Source of the DNA: Candidatus Binatia bacterium
GTDB taxonomy: Bacteria; Desulfobacterota; Binatia; Bin18
Assembly (NCBI GenBank): GCA_963664395.2
Contig: OY761159.2
Location: 1,856,001-1,920,000 of the forward strand
DNA: 64,000 bases
Direction of reading: 5' to 3'
Part shown: positions 60,062-64,000 of the stretch, one piece after another
Layout of the letters: each line of letters starts with the position of its first letter
Position numbering within the stretch: the stretch's first letter is position 1
Program-made: the position numbers and the translations under genes
Notes under the pieces: generated by a model
Seen by the model: the letters and a program-made list of their open reading frames with translations, nothing else
Databases searched by the model: none
Told to the model about the DNA's origin: nothing

Positions 60062-60952
60062 ATGATGCATTGGCAAATAGGCGACACCAAAATCACGAAG
60101 ATTGAGGAAATCGTATATCCGGAATTTTCGGATGTACTTCCGACCGCAACCCCCGAGGTCGTGAAAAAGGTCGAGTGGCTCTTTCCCCACTTCGTCACGC
60201 CCGAAGGCGCGCTGTCCCTGAGCATTCATTCGCTGATCGTGGACACGCCCGGTGCGACCGTGGTGGTGGACACCTGCATCGGCAACGGTCGCAACCGTTC
60301 CCCCATGGACATCATGAGCAATCTGTCAACCTCGTTCTTGGATGACATGAAGGCGGCCGGTTACGACCCGGACGGCATTGATTACGTCATGTGCACCCAT
60401 CTGCATCTTGACCATGTCGGCTGGAACACGCAGCTGGTTGACGGCAAATGGGTCCCGACGTTTCCGAACGCGTCCTATCTGATGGATCAGAAAGAGCTGG
60501 ATCTGTTTGGCAAGATTGACGACGAGATGCTCGCCAACCTGCCGGCCGATGCGGTGGACTTCTTCACCATTCAACGCCGCGTTTTTGAGGACTCCATGCA
60601 ACCGGTTTTTGACGCCGGTCTGGCCAAGTCGATCGACGCGCCGACGACGATTTGCGAAGGGGTGCGGCTGATTCCGACGCCGGGTCATACGCCCGGCCAC
60701 TGCTCGGTCGTGGTTGAGTCCAAGGGCGAGGCAGCCATAATTACCGGGGACTTCATTCACCATCCGATCCAGTTCCACGACCCGAATATCTGCACGCCGT
60801 TCGATATCGACAACACTATGGCGCTGGCAACCCGCTGGCGGACCTTTGAGCAGTTTGCGGATACGCCGACGCTGGTCATCGGCACCCACTTTGCCGGACC
60901 AAGCGCCGGCAAGCTGGTCCGAGACGGCGCCGGCTATCGTCTGGACGTCTAA
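60062..60952 (+). CDS. MBL-fold metallo-hydrolase
   Basis: THLHLDHVGWN, PGHTPGH, GDFIH, GTHF. Confidence 0.93.
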   Translation: MMHWQIGDTKITKIEEIVYPEFSDVLPTATPEVVKKVEWLFPHFVTPEGALSLSIHSLIVDTPGATVVVDTCIGNGRNRSPMDIMSNLSTSFLDDMKAAGYDPDGIDYVMCTHLHLDHVGWNTQLVDGKWVPTFPNASYLMDQKELDLFGKIDDEMLANLPADAVDFFTIQRRVFEDSMQPVFDAGLAKSIDAPTTICEGVRLIPTPGHTPGHCSVVVESKGEAAIITGDFIHHPIQFHDPNICTPFDIDNTMALATRWRTFEQFADTPTLVIGTHFAGPSAGKLVRDGAGYRLDV

Positions 60953-61002
60953 CGACCACCAGGATTAAAGGATTATCCTGATAATCTGACAATCCTGATC
61001 GA

Positions 61003-61034
61003 AGCAGGGTGGGTCCTCCCGGACCCACCCTGCT
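61003..61034. terminator. Perfect 14-bp stem hairpin between convergent genes
   Basis: AGCAGGGTGGGTCC-TCCC-GGACCCACCCTGCT; no U-tract, so it may be a REP instead. Confidence 0.6.
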
Positions 61035-61091
61035 CTCGGGCCATGTCACGGCCCGGCTCTCATTGCACCTTGGCACCCTGCCGCGTTGAGT

Positions 61092-61829
61092 TCACTCCAG
61101 GAAGGCGGGAGCCTCCCGTTTCAGCATCCGCTTGATGGCGTCCAGATGGAGGACGGCTTGCCGGCGGTCCGCCTCAAGCTGTTCACACGTGTGACGACAC
61201 ACCTGATCGGAGACCCGTTTGAGCGGCAAGCCTGTTGAGTGGGCCAGCACCTGAACCATGCACGCCCGCTCCAGATAGTATAAATCGTCGAACGCGGTTG
61301 CCACGTCCGGCCCGGTCACAATCACGCCGTGGTTGGCGAGAAAGACAACCTTCCCATCGGCCAGCTTGTCCCTGAGCCGCTGCCCTTCCGCCTCGTCCAG
61401 GGCGAGACCGTTATACGCCTCTTCGTACGCAACCCGCTCATAGAAGCGCAGCGCATTCTGACTGATCCATTCGAGACGACCGCCGTCGATTGCGCACAGG
61501 GCGGTCGCATACGGCATATGGGTATGCAGCACGCACCGGGCGGACGGATTCCCGAGATGAATCTGGGAGTGGATGAAGAACGCCGTGGGCTCGACCTGCC
61601 ATTTGCCGTCGATCACGTGGCCATCCGGGTCGACGACGAGCAGGTCGCTCGTCTGCAATTCGGACCAATGGATGCCTTGGGGATTGATCAGAAACCGGTC
61701 GGTCGTGCCTGGGACGACCAGGCTGAAGTGATTACAGATGCCCTCACTCAGGCCGAGCCGGTCTGCCCAGCGCAGTATGGCCGTGAGATCAATTTGTGCT
61801 TGCCGAAGGGCTTCGGTATGCGTATCCAT
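61092..61829 (-). CDS. Class II aldolase/adducin family protein
   Basis: EGICNHFS, TAFFIHSQIH, LHTHMPY, LANHG. Confidence 0.92.
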   Translation of the reverse strand: MDTHTEALRQAQIDLTAILRWADRLGLSEGICNHFSLVVPGTTDRFLINPQGIHWSELQTSDLLVVDPDGHVIDGKWQVEPTAFFIHSQIHLGNPSARCVLHTHMPYATALCAIDGGRLEWISQNALRFYERVAYEEAYNGLALDEAEGQRLRDKLADGKVVFLANHGVIVTGPDVATAFDDLYYLERACMVQVLAHSTGLPLKRVSDQVCRHTCEQLEADRRQAVLHLDAIKRMLKREAPAFLE

Positions 61830-61905
61830 AGTGGTCCTCGCAATGCTATCTCAACAAGTCAAGGTTAATAAAGTTGCGAATTCATTTCGGGCCGGGATTC
61901 CGCGT

Positions 61906-62544
61906 CTACTTTGGGATTGGCGGACTATTTTTTACCCAGCTATTCACGAGGCTGGGGAGACGAGAAAAAATCTCTCTACCAACGAGGACCTCGTCGACAT
62001 AGCCCATGTGAAGCATATCTACGATTCGGCACAAGTAGGATTTTCCACATTCCCACCAAGTGTAATGAGCGTCGATCATCAAGTAGTGAAGGACGTTGAT
62101 ATCTTCTGCTGTCGCGAGTTCCTCAATTTCCATGCCGTCAAGCAAAGTCTCATAAACGCCATCAGCAACTCGACTGCCGAAGGTCGTTGTATAGTAATAC
62201 TCCTTGATTTCCCAAACTGCGATTGGATTCACGACGGAAGGAAAGGCCCCGTCCATCCGCCGTGCGAATGTTCGAAGGGGGACCCTGTTGCTGGTGATTG
62301 TTGTCAAAGCCCTCGGATCATAGTCACAATCTTTTCCCTTCGCTGCTGTTTCAATCCTCAGTAACCTGCGGGTGAGACTCCCAGGAGAAATATCAATCTT
62401 TTCCAGCCGACTCTCGACCTTCTCTCGGGACGGTACGAGGATTTCTCCCCTGCCTCTCTCCGTGTAACCACATTCTTGGCCAATCAAGCGAACAAATGCC
62501 CAGAAAGACTTTGGTAATTTTATAAATCGGGGGTCAGGCGTCAT
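61906..62544 (-). CDS. Putative Type II restriction endonuclease (possibly internally deleted)
   Basis: RMDGAFP..VNPIAVWEIKEY (PD-ExK-like); overlaps the C-protein gene; divergent from the MTase; lower GC. Confidence 0.7.
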   Translation of the reverse strand: MTPDPRFIKLPKSFWAFVRLIGQECGYTERGRGEILVPSREKVESRLEKIDISPGSLTRRLLRIETAAKGKDCDYDPRALTTITSNRVPLRTFARRMDGAFPSVVNPIAVWEIKEYYYTTTFGSRVADGVYETLLDGMEIEELATAEDINVLHYLMIDAHYTWWECGKSYLCRIVDMLHMGYVDEVLVGREIFSRLPSLVNSWVKNSPPIPK

Positions 62545-62779
62545 GGTGAGGGAGATATTCTTTCAATAGGCTATAGGGATCAAGCTCAAGGGCTTTACAG
62601 ATGCTGATCGTCTCAACGAAGGTAAGCAATCGCTCACCAGATTCATACTTACTAATGAAAGATTGGGGAGCATCTAATTTTTCGGCGAGATCTTCTTGGC
62701 GCAAGCTGACCGTACGACGACGGTCTCGTAGAAGTTTACGTAATGCCTCTTCCTTTGATGAGTATCGATCGCGTTTCAT
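62534..62779 (-). CDS. XRE-family HTH controller (C) protein
   Basis: LRQEDLAEKL..PQSFISKYESGERLL; directly upstream of the putative REase. Confidence 0.85.
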   Translation of the reverse strand: MKRDRYSSKEEALRKLLRDRRRTVSLRQEDLAEKLDAPQSFISKYESGERLLTFVETISICKALELDPYSLLKEYLPHHDA

Positions 62780-62781
62780 AA

Positions 62782-62829
62782 ATCCCAATATAGGATACGC
62801 TTGACAGGTATCCCAAATCAGGATGTAAT
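62782..62829. promoter_or_regulatory. Divergent promoter with two ATCC-N7-GGAT operators
   Basis: Operators at 62782-62796 and 62810-62824; TTGACA(62801)-17 bp-TGTAAT on +; TATATT on - 7 nt before the C-gene ATG. Confidence 0.8.
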
Positions 62830-62835
62830 GTGGGC

Positions 62836-63732
62836 ATGCTAGCGGTCAAGGAAGAAACGCCGGATATGTTTTACGGCACTGAGTTTCAACATGTGACACC
62901 GTTCAGGACTCAGTTACTCAAGTGGATCGGTAACAAGCAGCGCTTTGCACACCAGATCGCATCCTATTTTCCGACAGACATTCGGACATACTTTGAACCA
63001 TTCCTGGGAAGTGGGGCTGTTCTTGCCACTTTACAGCCTCGACAGGCCGTTGGCTCGGATGCCTTTGGCCCACTCATGGAGATATGGACAACCCTTGCCA
63101 CTGATCCCGCGAAAGTCGTTCAGTGGTATAGGGCAAGATACAAGGAGTACTTCGCGTTCGAGAAGCCCGCTGGGTATGAACGCATTAAAGCCCGGTATAA
63201 CGCCAGCCCAAATGGAGCGGATTTACTCTTCCTGTGCCGAAGCTGCTACGGCGGAGTCGTGCGGTTTCGGAAATCTGACGGATACATGTCAACACCGTGT
63301 GGCGCGCATACGCCAATCACGCCGGGGTCGTTCGCCCAACGGGTACAGATATGGAGACGCCGGCTTGTCGGCGCGACGTTTATCAAGATGGACTTCAGCC
63401 AAGCCCTGCGCAAAACAAAAAGAGGAGACTTGGTATACTGCGATCCACCGTATACCCAAAGCCAGACAATTTTGTACCAAGGCCAGGGATTTGATTTGGC
63501 TCGGCTCATGGATGAGATCGTATCCTGCAAAGCACGCGGGGTGCGGGTTGCACTCAGCATTGACGGCAAGAAGAAGTCAGGACAGATAGACTGCGCTCCA
63601 GACATCCCGCAGGGACTTTTCGAGCGAGAAGTCTTTGTGAACTGCGGACGGAGTATGCTCCGCCGATTCCAGCGCGAGGGCGAGTCATTAGAAGACGAAG
63701 TCGTTCACGACCGGCTTCTGCTCACCTATTGA
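62836..63732 (+). CDS. Dam/D12-class N6-adenine DNA methyltransferase
   Basis: LLKWIGNK, YFEPFLGSGAV, YCDPPY. Confidence 0.93.
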   Translation: MLAVKEETPDMFYGTEFQHVTPFRTQLLKWIGNKQRFAHQIASYFPTDIRTYFEPFLGSGAVLATLQPRQAVGSDAFGPLMEIWTTLATDPAKVVQWYRARYKEYFAFEKPAGYERIKARYNASPNGADLLFLCRSCYGGVVRFRKSDGYMSTPCGAHTPITPGSFAQRVQIWRRRLVGATFIKMDFSQALRKTKRGDLVYCDPPYTQSQTILYQGQGFDLARLMDEIVSCKARGVRVALSIDGKKKSGQIDCAPDIPQGLFEREVFVNCGRSMLRRFQREGESLEDEVVHDRLLLTY

Positions 63733-63879
63733 TATCCCTTCCTGGCTCCGATTGTACCGTTCTTTTTATATCTCCATCTATCTACAGGGCTTTTAGGTCC
63801 CTGAAATAAACTGTTTGACAGGCCAGTTTCTCCCCCTCCCCTAGTCGGCAGACTGGGAGAGGGAAAAGAGATAAGAAAC

Positions 63880-64000
63880 CTACGGGTCAACCCGCGCCGA
63901 GGCGTAGCCGCTGACGACCTCGACCCCATCTTGGTTGACGGTCGAGACATCCAGATCGACGATGTGACCACCCTCTTCTTGGCGGATGGCCTTTACTGTG
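63880..64000 (-). CDS. C-terminus of a probable MaoC/hotdog-fold dehydratase (partial)
   Basis: Manual translation TVKAIRQEEGGHIVDLDVSTVNQDGVEVVSGYASARVDP*. Confidence 0.6.
   Translation of the reverse strand, partial: TVKAIRQEEGGHIVDLDVSTVNQDGVEVVSGYASARVDP

Noticed and set aside
63726-63971. 81-aa minus-strand ORF from the track
   Set aside because: A different frame gives a more protein-like hotdog-fold C-terminus ending at 63880

Overview
Roughly 60% GC bacterial window, mostly catabolic genes: luciferase-like monooxygenases, SDRs, amidohydrolases, cupins, an amidase, a DMFase-like enzyme, an HpaB-like enzyme and SelO. Small accessory inserts and GTAG/CCCTCTCCC-type REP-like palindromes are scattered between them. 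The gene repertoire and the giant cadherin/Calx-beta protein suggest a host-associated bacterium such as a sponge symbiont (inference only). Main observations: (1) an 8.7-kb island with no integrase, bracketed by a duplicated 3' end of an LLM gene. It encodes a 2401-aa secreted reprolysin-like metalloprotease-adhesin whose pro-domain appears to be a separate, independently secreted, translationally coupled gene. (2) Repeated diverged duplicates of host gene ends next to inserted genes (selO 3' end, phyH 5' end, LLM 3' end), pointing to integrase-independent gene capture. (3) A HEPN-like + MmeI-like R-M + TA cluster between inverted REPs. (4) A C-protein-controlled Type II R-M with two visible ATCC-N7-GGAT operators. 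(5) A coupled beta-carbonic anhydrase / DMFase-like / OYE operon. Several accessory genes are broken by deletions or frameshifts. No rRNA, tRNA, CRISPR array or transposase was seen. All calls come from motif recognition by eye; no searches were run.
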